From Octopus bimaculoides (taxonomy: Eukaryota): a stretch of DNA of 36,896 bases. Positions 1 to 11,327 of this stretch are shown one piece after another. Both the position numbers and the translations under genes were made by a program. The stretch lies in NCBI RefSeq assembly GCF_001194135.2, contig NC_068985.1:46108073-46144968 (forward strand), written 5' to 3'. How positions within the stretch are numbered: position 1 is the stretch's first letter; each line of letters opens with the position of its first letter. The notes beneath the pieces are model-generated. The model was given only the letters and a program-made list of their open reading frames with translations. It had not been told where the DNA came from and did not search any database.

Positions 1-44
<44 letters not shown>

Positions 45-137
45 AGCGAGGTATTAACAGTAGCTGCACGACACCGTGAAGTATACATACATGCATACAT
101 ACATCAGACAGACAGACAGACAGATAGATAGATAGAT
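1..137. repeat. (TA)n at 1-41, then compound (CATA)n/(CAGA)n/(GATA)n microsatellite at about 83-137
   Basis: Read directly from the sequence. Confidence 0.95.
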
Positions 138-296
138 TTCTTCGGAAAATTAATATTCAGTTCATCATTTTATATAAACACCAAGAAATTTGATAAAAAG
201 TTAAAATATAATTATTGTATACGTGTCATCATATTTCCTGGTATTACCCATGGTGGCAAAGTATAACTTCCAAAGCGTCACGGGTACCACTCTAAC

Positions 297-328
<32 letters not shown>

Positions 329-847
329 TTTAACTCCTTCCTCCTTTTATCATTACCATCACAATTTATCATCATCATCATCATCGTTATCTTGCGACCC
401 TCCATTTTGACTTCTCTGCTGCTATTTTCTTTTCATATATAAACTTAGGTTTCCGTGTTTTGTTATTTCGTTTTTTTTTTTGTGGTGGGTACGTTTTTAA
501 GTTATTTTTTCTCAAACTGTTACTTATCATTGCACTAACACTCCTTGTGCCTTCATCACTGATTCCCCACCCCTATCTTATTCTTCACCCCCACCACCAC
601 CATTCTATATATTTCCTACTCTTTTCATATACGCTTTTCACCTATTTATCTATCATTTTATCTGTCAGCTTCCTTGTGTAACTTTTACAAACACAAACAC
701 ACACACACACACACGCAAATCAGTCACACACACACATCTCTTCCATTTTTTAGACACACACNNNNNNNNNNNNNNNNNNNNNNNNNNNNNNNNNNNNNNN
801 NNNNATCTATACCCTTTCTATCGTGACACTCTGTATTTTCTTCTCCT

Positions 848-1079
848 CTACTCGTTTACTCTTTTACTTGTTTCAGTCATTTGACTGCGGCCATGCTGGA
901 GCACCGCCTTTAGTCGAGATAATCGCCCCCAGGACTTATTCTTTGTAAGCCTAGTACTTATCCTATCGTTCTCTTTTTGCCGAACCGCTAAGTTACGGGA
1001 CGTAAACACACTAGCATCGGTTGTCAAGCGATGGTGGAGGAACAAACACAGACACACAAACACACATACATACATATAT
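848..1079 (-). mobile_element. SINE family A, 3' half
   Basis: Reverse complement matches the 3' half of the full copy at 22704-23119 (GCTTGACAACCGATG...GGCGGTGCTCCAGCATGGCCGCAGTCAAATGACTGAAACAAGTAAAAGAG). Confidence 0.93.
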
Positions 1080-1280
1080 TCTTCGAAACGCCGGTGTTTT
1101 AATGGTGGCAGCTGATGAAGGAGATATTTCTATGTGGCTTGCTTGTTTGTTGTACCTTGTTTATCATTTTGTCCATGTTCTTTTGCCACGTCATGTACCC
1201 AGTTATGTATCTATGTGTACATGTAGATGAAGGTATGTACATACATGTACATATATATGCATATACTCATATATTGTTTA
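1080..1280 (+). mobile_element. Unclassified dispersed repeat, possibly Penelope-like terminal fragment
   Basis: The 5' part resembles 6741-6810 (CGAAA-N23-CTGATGAAG). The 3' part (1158-1280) matches the reverse complement of 24256-24387. Confidence 0.55.
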
Positions 1281-2154
1281 TATATATATATATATATATN
1301 NNNNNNNNNNNNNNNNNNNNNNNNNNNNNNNNNNNNNNNNNNNNNNNNNNNNNNNNNNNNNNNNNNNNNNNNNNNNNNNNNNNNNNNNNNNNNNNNNNNN
1401 NNNNNNNNNNNNNNNNNNNNNNNNNNNNNNNNNNNNNNNNNNNNNNNNNNNNNNNNNNNNNNNNNNNNNNNNNNNNNNNNNNNNNNNNNNNNNNNNNNNN
1501 NNNNNNNNNNNNNNNNNNNNNNNNNNNNNNNNNNNNNNNNNNNNNNNNNNNNNNNNNNNNNNNNNNNNNNNNNNNNNNNNNNNNNNNNNNNNNNNNNNNN
1601 NNNNNNNNNNNNNNNNNNNNNNNNNNNNNNNNNNNNNNNNNNNNNNNNNNNNNNNNNNNNNNNNNNNNNNNNNNNNNNNNNNNNNNNNNNNNNNNNNNNN
1701 NNNNNNNNNNNNNNNNNNNNNNNNNNNNNNNNNNNNNNNNNNNNNNNNNNNNNNNNNNNNNNNNNNNNNNNNNNNNNNNNNNNNNNNNNNNNNNNNNNNN
1801 NNNNNNNNNNNNNNNNNNNNNNNNNNNNNNNNNNNNNNNNNNNNNNNNNNNNNNNNNNNNNNNNNNNNNNNNNNNNNNNNNNNNNNNNNNNNNNNNNNNN
1901 NNNNNNNNNNNNNNNNNNNNNNNNNNNNNNNNNNNNNNNNNNNNNNNNNNNNNNNNNNNNNNNNNNNNNNNNNNNNNNNNNNNNNNNNNNNNNNNNNNNN
2001 NNNNNNNNNNNNNNNNNNNNNNNNNNNNNNNNNNNNNNNNNNNNNNNNNNNNNNNNNNNNNNNNNNNNNNNNNNNNNNNNNNNNNNNNNNNNNNNNNNNN
2101 NNNNNNNNNNNNNNNNNNNNNNNNNNNNNNNNNNNNNNNNNNNNNNNNNNNNNN

Positions 2155-2264
2155 AAGAGTAAAAGATGTTTTATATGACAAATTCTACCAGTGTCCCAAG
2201 TTTCAAAGTGTTTCGTTAGTGTTTCGTTAAGAAAATACTGGTTCCCCCGTTTTGAAATAGATCC
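2155..2264 (+). mobile_element. GGATCT-family MITE (Merlin-like), right end only
   Basis: Shares the core ATGTTTTATATGACA-ATTCTACCAGTGTCCCAAGTTT-AAAGTGTTTCGTTA with 4980-5032 and 28260-28313. Ends in CCCCCGTTTTGAAATAGATCC, like the 28347 end. The left part lies in the gap. Confidence 0.85.
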
Positions 2265-2324
2265 CTGAACCCAGAACCATGTGGTTGGTAAGCAAGCTAC
2301 TTACCACACAGCCACTCCTGCGCC
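2265..2324 (-). mobile_element. SINE family A tRNA-like head, cut by the MITE at the B box
   Basis: Reverse complement reads GGCGCAGGAGTGGCTGTGTGGTAAGTAGCTTGCTTACCAACCACATGGTTCTGGGTTCAG. Confidence 0.92.
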
Positions 2325-2869
2325 TCTCAATACTTTTTTTACTTATTTTCTTACATTTCACTTTTTCTCTCCATCTCTCCAAAACCCCTTCTCTCCTCAT
2401 TTCTTTTAAATTTTACTTTCTATCACTATTTTCATCTCATCTCATTTCTTAATTTACTCACTATCTCTCCCTCCCTTAGTCATATATACTCTCTTTCTCA
2501 CTCACTCACTCAGTGTTTCACTCACTCAGTGTTGCACTCACTCATACACTCACTCACCCTATCACTCATTCTATTCTTCGTCACTATAGTTTATAACCGT
2601 ATCTCTTATTTAGTTTCTACTTTTAGCCTCATCTCTCCCTCCTTCTTTCTCTCTCTCTCACTCCCTTTCTCCTTCTCTCTCTCTCCCTCTCTCCCTCCCC
2701 TCCTCCCTCTCTGTTTCCTTTCTTTCACCCAACTTTTTACATCCATTTATTTTTCTTTCCAACTTGGTCGTCTGTTTTAATTAACTTTGTGGCTGACAGG
2801 AAGCGTGGTGGGTGACAGAAACGGTGGCATGAGGGATTAAATGCCTTGTGGTATTTATTTAAATCACCA

Positions 2870-2945
2870 CTCCTTACATTCTGAGTTCAAATTCCCCCAA
2901 ATCAATTTTGCTTTCCATCCTTCCGGGATCGATATATTCAAGTAG
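2870..2945 (+). mobile_element. SINE family C fragment
   Basis: TTACATTCTGAGTTCAAATTCCC...TTGCTTTCCATCCTTCCGGGATCGATA matches 29416-29619 and 29690-29849. Confidence 0.75.
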
Positions 2946-3171
2946 TAGTGGCACTAAGATCAATATAATGGGACTGGTATCTCACCATCTAAACCAGTCA
3001 TGAGCAACATACGACCTGTCGGACTCTCTGAGTGACATGCCTAACGAAATATAACCTTGAATGTTCTTTAGTACTGCTTGATGATGAACCATAGCTCATG
3101 TGACCTGCATTTTGAAAAAGATTGGGCGATCTTTCGGTACGAGTTCCTAATTATCGGCCTTTTCCGTAAAA

Positions 3172-3506
3172 AGTGTCTTCGGCAATCTTTACCAAAGATC
3201 GGCCTTTTCCGTAAAAAGTGTTGGAGAGAAACAGGGAAACGACGTCATAACAGCGAAAGACATACAGAGAGCGCGATTTATTTTGAAGGGTTTAGAGTTA
3301 GGGTTAGGGTGAGGTTTACGGTTAAGGTTTGGGTTTTAGGGTTTGCGTTAGGGAATTCCGTCCCTAACCGTAACCGTAACCCTAAACACTAACCCTAACC
3401 CTAAAACCCTAACCCTGACACTAAAACCCTAACCCTAGCACCGTAGTGAAGATCGCGCGGGTGTTACGGAAAAGGCCGATCTTTGGTAAAGATCGCCGAA
3501 GACACT
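3172..3506. mobile_element. Foldback/MITE-like element with 43-bp inverted arms and internal head-to-head telomere-like repeats
   Basis: 3172-3214 is the reverse complement of 3464-3506 (1 mismatch). Degenerate (TTAGGG)n at 3288-3352 and (CCCTAA)n at 3362-3436 meet at GGAATTCC. A partial extra arm copy lies at 3153-3176. Confidence 0.85.
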
Positions 3507-4793
3507 NNNNNNNNNNNNNNNNNNNNNNNNNNNNNNNNNNNNNNNNNNNNNNNNNNNNNNNNNNNNNNNNNNNNNNNNNNNNNNNNNNNNNNNNNNNNNN
3601 NNNNNNNNNNNNNNNNNNNNNNNNNNNNNNNNNNNNNNNNNNNNNNNNNNNNNNNNNNNNNNNNNNNNNNNNNNNNNNNNNNNNNNNNNNNNNNNNNNNN
3701 NNNNNNNNNNNNNNNNNNNNNNNNNNNNNNNNNNNNNNNNNNNNNNNNNNNNNNNNNNNNNNNNNNNNNNNNNNNNNNNNNNNNNNNNNNNNNNNNNNNN
3801 NNNNNNNNNNNNNNNNNNNNNNNNNNNNNNNNNNNNNNNNNNNNNNNNNNNNNNNNNNNNNNNNNNNNNNNNNNNNNNNNNNNNNNNNNNNNNNNNNNNN
3901 NNNNNNNNNNNNNNNNNNNNNNNNNNNNNNNNNNNNNNNNNNNNNNNNNNNNNNNNNNNNNNNNNNNNNNNNNNNNNNNNNNNNNNNNNNNNNNNNNNNN
4001 NNNNNNNNNNNNNNNNNNNNNNNNNNNNNNNNNNNNNNNNNNNNNNNNNNNNNNNNNNNNNNNNNNNNNNNNNNNNNNNNNNNNNGAAATCTCGAAGCTG
4101 CATGATAATGCTTGATTAATTTAAATCTATGTGAATGCTAAAAGGTTAAACACCACAAGTTAAGATCCGTGCTTGGTGGTTTGCCCCGCTTTTCCGTAAT
4201 TTTCCCAGTTTTGACTTCCATTTGAAATTTTTTCAGGTCTATATTTTAAACATCTGGGTTTACGATTACGCAAAAATAAGCGTTTCAAAAAGTCTCAAAA
4301 AGGAAAAAACTCGAAGGAGAAAAGAAAAAAAAAAAGAAAAAACGAATGAAAATGTTGGGCGCCTCCCAATTTTGTTTTTGCTTGGAGATTCACAATTTAT
4401 GGTACTTAAAATTTATGATGCTTAAAACACAAATTCGTAGAAAATTCGTTTTTTTGGTGCGCTAGATAATGCTGCGACTTTATTAAGCAACGTAATTTAT
4501 TTTTGTGAATTCGTTTTAATCTGGAAGAAGGGTTGATGCCCTTCACTTTCAGAGGCCTTCCGAGACAAGTAATGTCGATAGTATACTATAAGCGAATCGA
4601 AAGCTTAATTGATTGGGTCTTAGCTTTCCGTTACACCCTTCAAGTTCTGCTTGATCTGTTACAAGTGGAATAACATTGTGTGAAGAAAGGTATGGTTGAA
4701 GAAGTTACTTCAGGACTTGGGGTAGGAGTTTGAAACAGCATGGCTAAGGGGAGGAAGAGATACATATAAGTCGTGAGTTTCAGAGTAGAGATG

Positions 4794-5068
4794 GGATCTT
4801 TCTGATTTGGCGGACACCATTTTTATTTAGTTTTTATTTAGTGCGTTGACAAACCACAGCAGTAATTGTTTTCAGCTCAATAGACGTCAGTGATTGGTTG
4901 AAATTACCGAGATACGACAACTTTAACACGAAATAACTTTAAATATATAAACTTTTCTCAACAACACTAAGAGTAAAATATGTTTTATATGACACATTCT
5001 ACCAGTGTCCCAAGTTTGAAAGTGTTTCGTTAGAAACCCAAATGGTGTCCGCCAAATCAGAAAGATCC
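4794..5068 (+). mobile_element. GGATCT-family MITE (Merlin-like), complete, 275 bp
   Basis: Perfect 28-bp TIR GGATCTTTCTGATTTGGCGGACACCATT / AATGGTGTCCGCCAAATCAGAAAGATCC. Flanking duplication AGAGATG(G) at 4787 and 5069 (7 bp exact; 8 bp if one G was lost from the G-run). Confidence 0.9.
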
Positions 5069-5447
5069 AGAGATGGCAGGAAACCAGCTCGCTTTACGAT
5101 CTGGAGGCAAGTGTCGTAGCAATAGAAAAGGTAGAGAGAGGAGAAAACACGTCCGTGTGCTAGAGTATAGAATGTAATAGGGAGCGATCTCAAACCAATA
5201 AGATGAATGTCCTCTCTATGAGTCTCTTTATATCTATTTCAAAAATACTTATTAAAGATGGCTTAGCCGAGTCGATGAAGCAGCCTCTACATGATTGCTT
5301 TCTTTTGTGAATAGCAGTGAAATATCCCTCAAATCACACCTTGCAATCGATTCTAAATTTTCTTGTGATTGATTGATCTATTCTGTTCTGTATTTACTTG
5401 GAGTTTCCTGGTTTAGTGCTATAGTGAAATCTGTATTGACCATTCAG

Positions 5448-5813
5448 TGAAGGCGCAATGGCCCAGTGGTTAGGGCAGCGGACTCGCGGTTTCGATTCCC
5501 AGATCGGGCGTTGTGAGTGTTTATTGAGCGAAAACACCTAAAGTTCCACGAGGCTCCAGCAGAGGATGGTGGCGAACCCTGCTGTACTCTTTCACTTTCT
5601 GTCACTCTTTCTTCCTGTTTCTGTTGTACCTGTATTTTAAAGGGCCAGCCTTGTCACACTGTGTCACGCTGAATATCCCCGAGAACTATGTTAAGGGTAC
5701 ACGTGTCTGTGGAGTGCTCAGCCACTTGCACGTTAATTTCACGAGCAGGCTGTTCCGTTGATCGGATCAACTGGAACCCTCGTCGTCGTAACCGACGGAG
5801 TGCCAACAACAAC
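5448..5813 (+). mobile_element. SINE family B, near full length
   Basis: A box TGGCCCAGTGG at 5459-5469, B box GGTTTCGATTCC at 5488-5499, (AAC)n tail, and 13-bp TSD ATTGACCATTCAG at 5435-5447 and 5814-5826. Confidence 0.95.
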
Positions 5814-6589
5814 ATTGACCATTCAGAAGAGTGCGCCCTGTTTGTTTGGCCATCTTGTTATATGTTCTTTCTTTGTTGTATGTTCTCATCAACCAAATTG
5901 GCCGACAAACGAAACAGGTTCCTTATAAGTGCAGAAACATCTAGCTGATCGGACTGTGTGCGTGCGTGCGTGCATGTATGTATTTTTTAAGGAATGTATG
6001 TACGTATCTATGTATGTCCTCTCTTCCTCTTTTAGAGTAAATTTTGACCGGCCACCGGTCAAAAGGTTGTGAAGGGAAGTATGTTGATTTAACCGCCATC
6101 CTTTAAATTTTAAGGTCTTACAGTTTTCTATAGTCCCAGATATCGTGATCATTTGTATGTATGTATGTATGTATGTATGTATGTGTGGCCTTCTCCTAGA
6201 AGGATGTTGTGACTATAGCTGGGGATCCCTCACTCCTAGTGGTCATCTCGCTTCGGCCTGTCACTAGGCATTAATCACGGAGGCTCAGAGAGTGGTGGTA
6301 CTCGTGTTGTGCAAGCGTTTATCACTATAATCCTATAGTGTACAGACGTCTCTTTACGGTGAATGCATTTTTCATTCCATCTCTCGAAAGTACTATGGCG
6401 ACGGAAGGGTGACAATGTGCGCAAACCTAGCCGGTTGGCAGGTTAACAAAATTTCGTCTGTTGCATTCGCTTAGAAACTATGCAGCGTGACTGAGTTGTC
6501 ATCTGAGAGGTCGTAGACGGAAAGTAAGAAATGCTATTGACAACGAGGAAGCACAAGGAGACGGTAATCATCTGTGAATATGGAGCAAT

Positions 6590-6676
6590 CATGATGTGTG
6601 TATGTATGCATACATGCATGCATGCATATATGCGTACACATTCATACACGCAAACACACACACACGCACGCACGCA

Positions 6677-6709
<33 letters not shown>

Positions 6710-6811
6710 AAACACACACACAAACAAAAAGTTGTAAAGGTGCCGAAATCGTTGTGATCTCTGCTCGACAGCTGATGAAGAGAATATCCCGCAGTGCCTG
6801 TCGTACGTAAC

Positions 6812-6858
<47 letters not shown>

Positions 6859-6906
6859 NNNNNNNNNNTGTATGTATGTATGTATGCATGTATGTATGTA
6901 TGCGTG

Positions 6907-6947
<41 letters not shown>

Positions 6948-6962
6948 ATATACACACACACA
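6590..6962. repeat. Compound (CA)n/(CATA)n/(TA)n/(TG)n microsatellites flanking a dispersed-repeat fragment (6725-6810)
   Basis: Read directly; 6741-6810 is similar to 1081-1145. Confidence 0.85.
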
Positions 6963-7380
6963 CGGTATTTGTCGTTGCGATACGATATATGTTGGTTTTG
7001 TCCTAATTCTGCTTTATGTCACTCACTAGTTCACTCACCCTTACTAAGCCCCACCTACAAACTCTATACCGCCTGCTAAGTCGTGTTGTGCCTATTCTAC
7101 ATCCTTTTTCTTTTTCCTTCAATTCATTTAGCTGCCCGTCTTGTTACAGGACCCTTTTATCTCTACCAAAACCACACACACATACACACACATATAGACA
7201 CTCACACACACACATGCATGTATTATATATTGTGTGATGTGTTTGCGGCTTTGTGTATATGAATGTGTGTGTGTTTGTATGTGTATGTATGTGTGTGTAT
7301 GTATTAATTCCAGGTTGTTGCTTTGCCCTTTTCTTTGCATACAACTTAACATTTTCTTTCTTCCTCACCACTCTCGTTCT

Positions 7381-7397
7381 TCTTCCTCCTCCTCCTC

Positions 7398-7441
<44 letters not shown>
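7381..7441. repeat. (CCT)n(CT)n microsatellite
   Basis: Read directly. Confidence 0.95.
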
Positions 7442-7442
<1 letters not shown>

Positions 7443-7730
7443 GAGCCTTTTACTTCAGTTGATTAAGGCAAATATTAGAGCATATCCCAGCATCCCTTTC
7501 TCTAGTAAACTTGAAAATCTACCACGGCTCTCTAAAGCTGTCTGAGGTGTTGTTTGAGTGACAACCAACCCGTCCATGTACCCGGCGTATTGCTGTATGT
7601 GTATGTGTGTGTTGTGTTGTGTGTGTGTTGTGTGTGTATGTGAGACGGGGAAATAAGAGAAAAGTGTAAGACACACACACTTACGCGCGCGCACACACAG
7701 ATACACGCACATACATACATACATACATAC

Positions 7731-7876
7731 ACGACAGGCGTCTTTCGGTTTTCGTCTACCAAATCCACTCATAAGGCTTTGGTCAGCACTTGTCTATAGT
7801 AGAAGACTCTTGGCCAAGGTTCTACGCAGTGGAACTGAACCCGGAACCATGTAGTTGGGAAGCAAACTTCTTACCA
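7731..7876 (-). mobile_element. SINE family A, 5' half (diverged)
   Basis: Reverse complement matches TGGTAAG...CAACCACATGGTTCCGGGTTCAG...TATAG...GTGAGTGGATTTGGTAGACG of the 22704 copy. Confidence 0.9.
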
Positions 7877-7880
7877 GAGT

Positions 7881-7919
<39 letters not shown>

Positions 7920-7977
7920 GTAGGTAGGTAGGTAGGTAGGTAGGTAGGTAGATAGATAGATAGAGATAGAGAGAGAG
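7881..7977. repeat. (GATA)n(GGTA)n(GATA)n(GA)n compound microsatellite
   Basis: Read directly. Confidence 0.95.
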
Positions 7978-8956
7978 AACAGAGCGTTAGAATCAAATAC
8001 ATANNNNNNNNNNNNNNNNNNNNNNNNNNNNNNNNNNNNNNNNNNNNNNNNNNNNNNNNNNNNNNNNNNNNNNNNNNNNNNNNNNNNNNNNNNNNNNNNN
8101 NNNNNNNNNNNNNNNNNNNNNNNNNNNNNNNNNNNNNNNNNNNNNNNNNNNNNNNNNNNNNNNNNNNNNNNNNNNNNNNNNNNNNNNNNNNNNNNNNNNN
8201 NNNNNNNNNNNNNNNNNNNNNNNNNNNNNNNNNNNNNNNNNNNNNNNNNNNNNNNNNNNNNNNNNNNNNNNNNNNNNNNNNNNNNNNNNNNNNNNNNNNN
8301 NNNNNNNNNNNNNNNNNNNNNNNNNNNNNNNNNNNNNNNNNNNNNNNNNNNNNNNNNNNNNNNNNNNNNNNNNNNNNNNNNNNNNNNNNNNNNNNNNNNN
8401 NNNNNNNNNNNNNNNNNNNNNNNNNNNNNNNNNNNNNNNNNNNNNNNNNNNNNNNNNNNNNNNNNNNNNNNNNNNNNNNNNNNNNNNNNNNNNNNNNNNN
8501 NNNNNNNNNNNNNNNNNNNNNNNNNNNNNNNNNNNNNNNNNNNNNNNNNNNNNNNNNNNNNNNNNNNNNNNNNNNNNNNNNNNNNNNNNNNNNNNNNNNN
8601 NNNNNNNNNNNNNNNNNNNNNNNNNNNNNNNNNNNNNNNNNNNNNNNNNNNNNNNNNNNNNNNNNNNNNNNNNNNNNNNNNNNNNNNNNNNNNNNNNNNN
8701 NNNNNNNNNNNNNNNNNNNNNNNNNNNNNNNNNNNNNNNNNNNNNNNNNNNNNNNNNNNNNNNNNNNNNNNNNNNNNNNNNNNNNNNNNNNNNNNNNNNN
8801 NNNNNNNNNNNNNNNNNNNNNNNNNNNNNNNNNNNNNNNNNNNNNNNNNNNNNNNNNNNNNNNNNNNNNNNNNNNNNNNNNNNNNNNNNNNNNNNNNNNN
8901 NNNNNNNNNNNNNNNNNNNNNNNNNNNNNNNNNNNNNNNNNNNNNNNNNNNNNNNN

Positions 8957-9100
8957 CCGTAACTTAGCGGTTTCGCAAAAAAAAAAGACCGATAGAATAA
9001 GTACTAGGCTTACAAAGAATAAGTCTTGGGGTTGAATTGCTCGACTAAAGGCGGTGCTCCAGCATGGCCGCAGTCAAATGACTGAAACAAGTAAAAGAAT
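8957..9100 (+). mobile_element. SINE family A, 3' end
   Basis: CCGTAACTTAGCGG...GACCGATAGAATAAGTACTAGGC...GGCGGTGCTCCAGCATGGCCGCAGTCAAATGACTGAAACAAGTAAAAG. Confidence 0.93.
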
Positions 9101-9549
9101 ATATATATATTATGCACACTCACATGCACACGTGTGTTTGCATTCCATATGCTGAATAAGTTCTGAATGAGAAACTCCAGAATGGTTTACAGAACTATTT
9201 GAAACGAAAACGAAAAAGACAAAACTTTAAACACGAGGGAAATAATGATGAACGATAAAATAATTTAAAGGTTAAAGTTTTAAATGAAAAAAATTAAAGT
9301 TTTACAGTTATCTTCTTGTTATTTATTCTAGTCTTTATAAGGAGCAATATTAGAGGTAGAGAAATATTCATAGATAGGCAAGATATTCATAGATAAGATT
9401 GACCTGTCACCAGCTATAGGTGTTGTTTCGCTCCTGGTCACCTAATTAAACGGGCCTGTCTAATAATGATAAGTGTCAATTTTATTTTTCAGGCTAAAGT
9501 ATATCTAAGATTACTTAACACGATGTGTCTTTTCTTTTCGTAAACTTTA

Positions 9550-9770
9550 TGATTTGTTATTCAAAAGATTTGGCTACTATTTCTAACAATCCGTAGTTAT
9601 TTAACCCCAGGTCAGCTCTGATAAAAGCCATGGCTATACCATCCTATTTTTAACAATAATATACTCCAGACTACACTAACAAATATGTTCTTTTCTAAGA
9701 TAGTAGTGTATACAATTTTAAGTATATTTGGCTGCTATTATGAGCGACCATACATATGTTTCCTCGTTGG
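9550..9770 (+). mobile_element. Unclassified dispersed repeat, family D (TGATTTGAGGGAGATTTGGCTGCTATTTCTAGCA motif)
   Basis: The motif occurs twice here. Related fragments lie at about 5311-5340 (-), 18162-18184 (-), 32421-32470 (+) and 34880-34930 (-). Confidence 0.55.
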
Positions 9771-9920
9771 TTCGGCAATATGAGTAAAGGGAGGAAGACT
9801 AAGGTAGATGGTCAGATGTTACCGTTCACATCTTGTCTTAAACTTTAAACCTACCTAGCTTACATACAGCTAGTCGAGTATCTAGCTGGCTCTAATTTAT
9901 TTCTACATAGCTTTCTACTC

Positions 9921-9955
<35 letters not shown>

Positions 9956-10292
9956 NNNNNNNNNNNNNNNNNNNNNNNNNNNNNNNNNNNNNNNNNNNNN
10001 NNNNNNNNNNNNNNNNNNNNNNNNNNNNNNNNNNNNNNNNNNNNNNNNNNNNNNNNNNNNNNNNNNNNNNNNNNNNNNNNNNNNNNNNNNNNNNNNNNNN
10101 NNNNNNNNNNNNNNNNNNNNNNNNNNNNNNNNNNNNNNNNNNNNNNNNNNNNNNNNNNNNNNNNNNNNNNNNNNNNNNNNNNNNNNNNNNNNNNNNNNNN
10201 NNNNNNNNNNNNNNNNNNNNNNNNNNNNNNNNNNNNNNNNNNNNNNNNNNNNNNNNNNNNNNNNNNNNNNNNNNNNNNNNNNNNNNNNNNNN

Positions 10293-10353
<61 letters not shown>

Positions 10354-10720
10354 CTTTATCTATCTGTCTGTCTGGCTGGCTATCTATCTATCTGACTGTC
10401 TGACTGTCTATCTGTTTGTCTGTGTTTATATATGTATACATACATATATTCATAAGCACATGCACACACACACATATGCATCAGTCTGTCCAAATATTTA
10501 TCTAACAGCTACCTTTATATGTCTTCACATTTCTCTGTCTATCTATATTTATCTATCTAACCATCTGTCTGTCTGTCTCTCTGTCTTGTCTACTTGTCTA
10601 TCTATCTACATTCTTATTTATTTACCTACTTTACCGATCTATCTTCCAAGCCCAGCCTCTCGTGTATTTACTTATACATTAGAAGCTACAACCGCTCTAA
10701 CTCCTTATCAGCCACGTACC

Positions 10721-10756
<36 letters not shown>

Positions 10757-11137
10757 CTCTCATGCATACACTCTTAATATGCAAGCAGCAGTCACATCCA
10801 CATAACATTTATTCAAACGCAGACACACACACACACACACGCTTACAAATGCTAAAGAGACACACATGCAACAGATAGACAGCAAGCAGCCCTTTTCATC
10901 TCGCTATAACTTTTCTGTTTGCCTGGACTAAAATAAAAATCCGAACTTTCATAACTGGAGAAAGTTTTTCGGCATTCATCGGACGAATTTAAAATTACAT
11001 TATACGCAAAAACAACACAAAACATTGAATATCTTTTGTCTTCGTTTTACAATATTCTACCTTTTTTATCAGCGTGACTTTAAACATCACAGTCCAACAC
11101 ATACGCACAGACGTACACACAAACATAATATACATAT

Positions 11138-11149
11138 CTATTTGTCTAT

Positions 11150-11224
<75 letters not shown>

Positions 11225-11259
11225 CCAACCTAACCACATACGTACGTACCTACCTACCC

Positions 11260-11327
<68 letters not shown>
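11138..11327. repeat. Two (TCTA)n tracts separated by a short (CCTA)/(CGTA) spacer
   Basis: Read directly. Confidence 0.95.

Noticed and set aside
3288-3436. True chromosome end or ancestral fusion site
   Set aside because: The tracts are short, degenerate, enclosed in inverted arms and recur at 14600 and 18263, so a mobile element is the simpler explanation.
6185-6590. Possible LINE or Penelope-derived fragment
   Set aside because: It looks repeat-like, but there is no second copy in the window and no RT or endonuclease motif was seen, so it is left uncalled.
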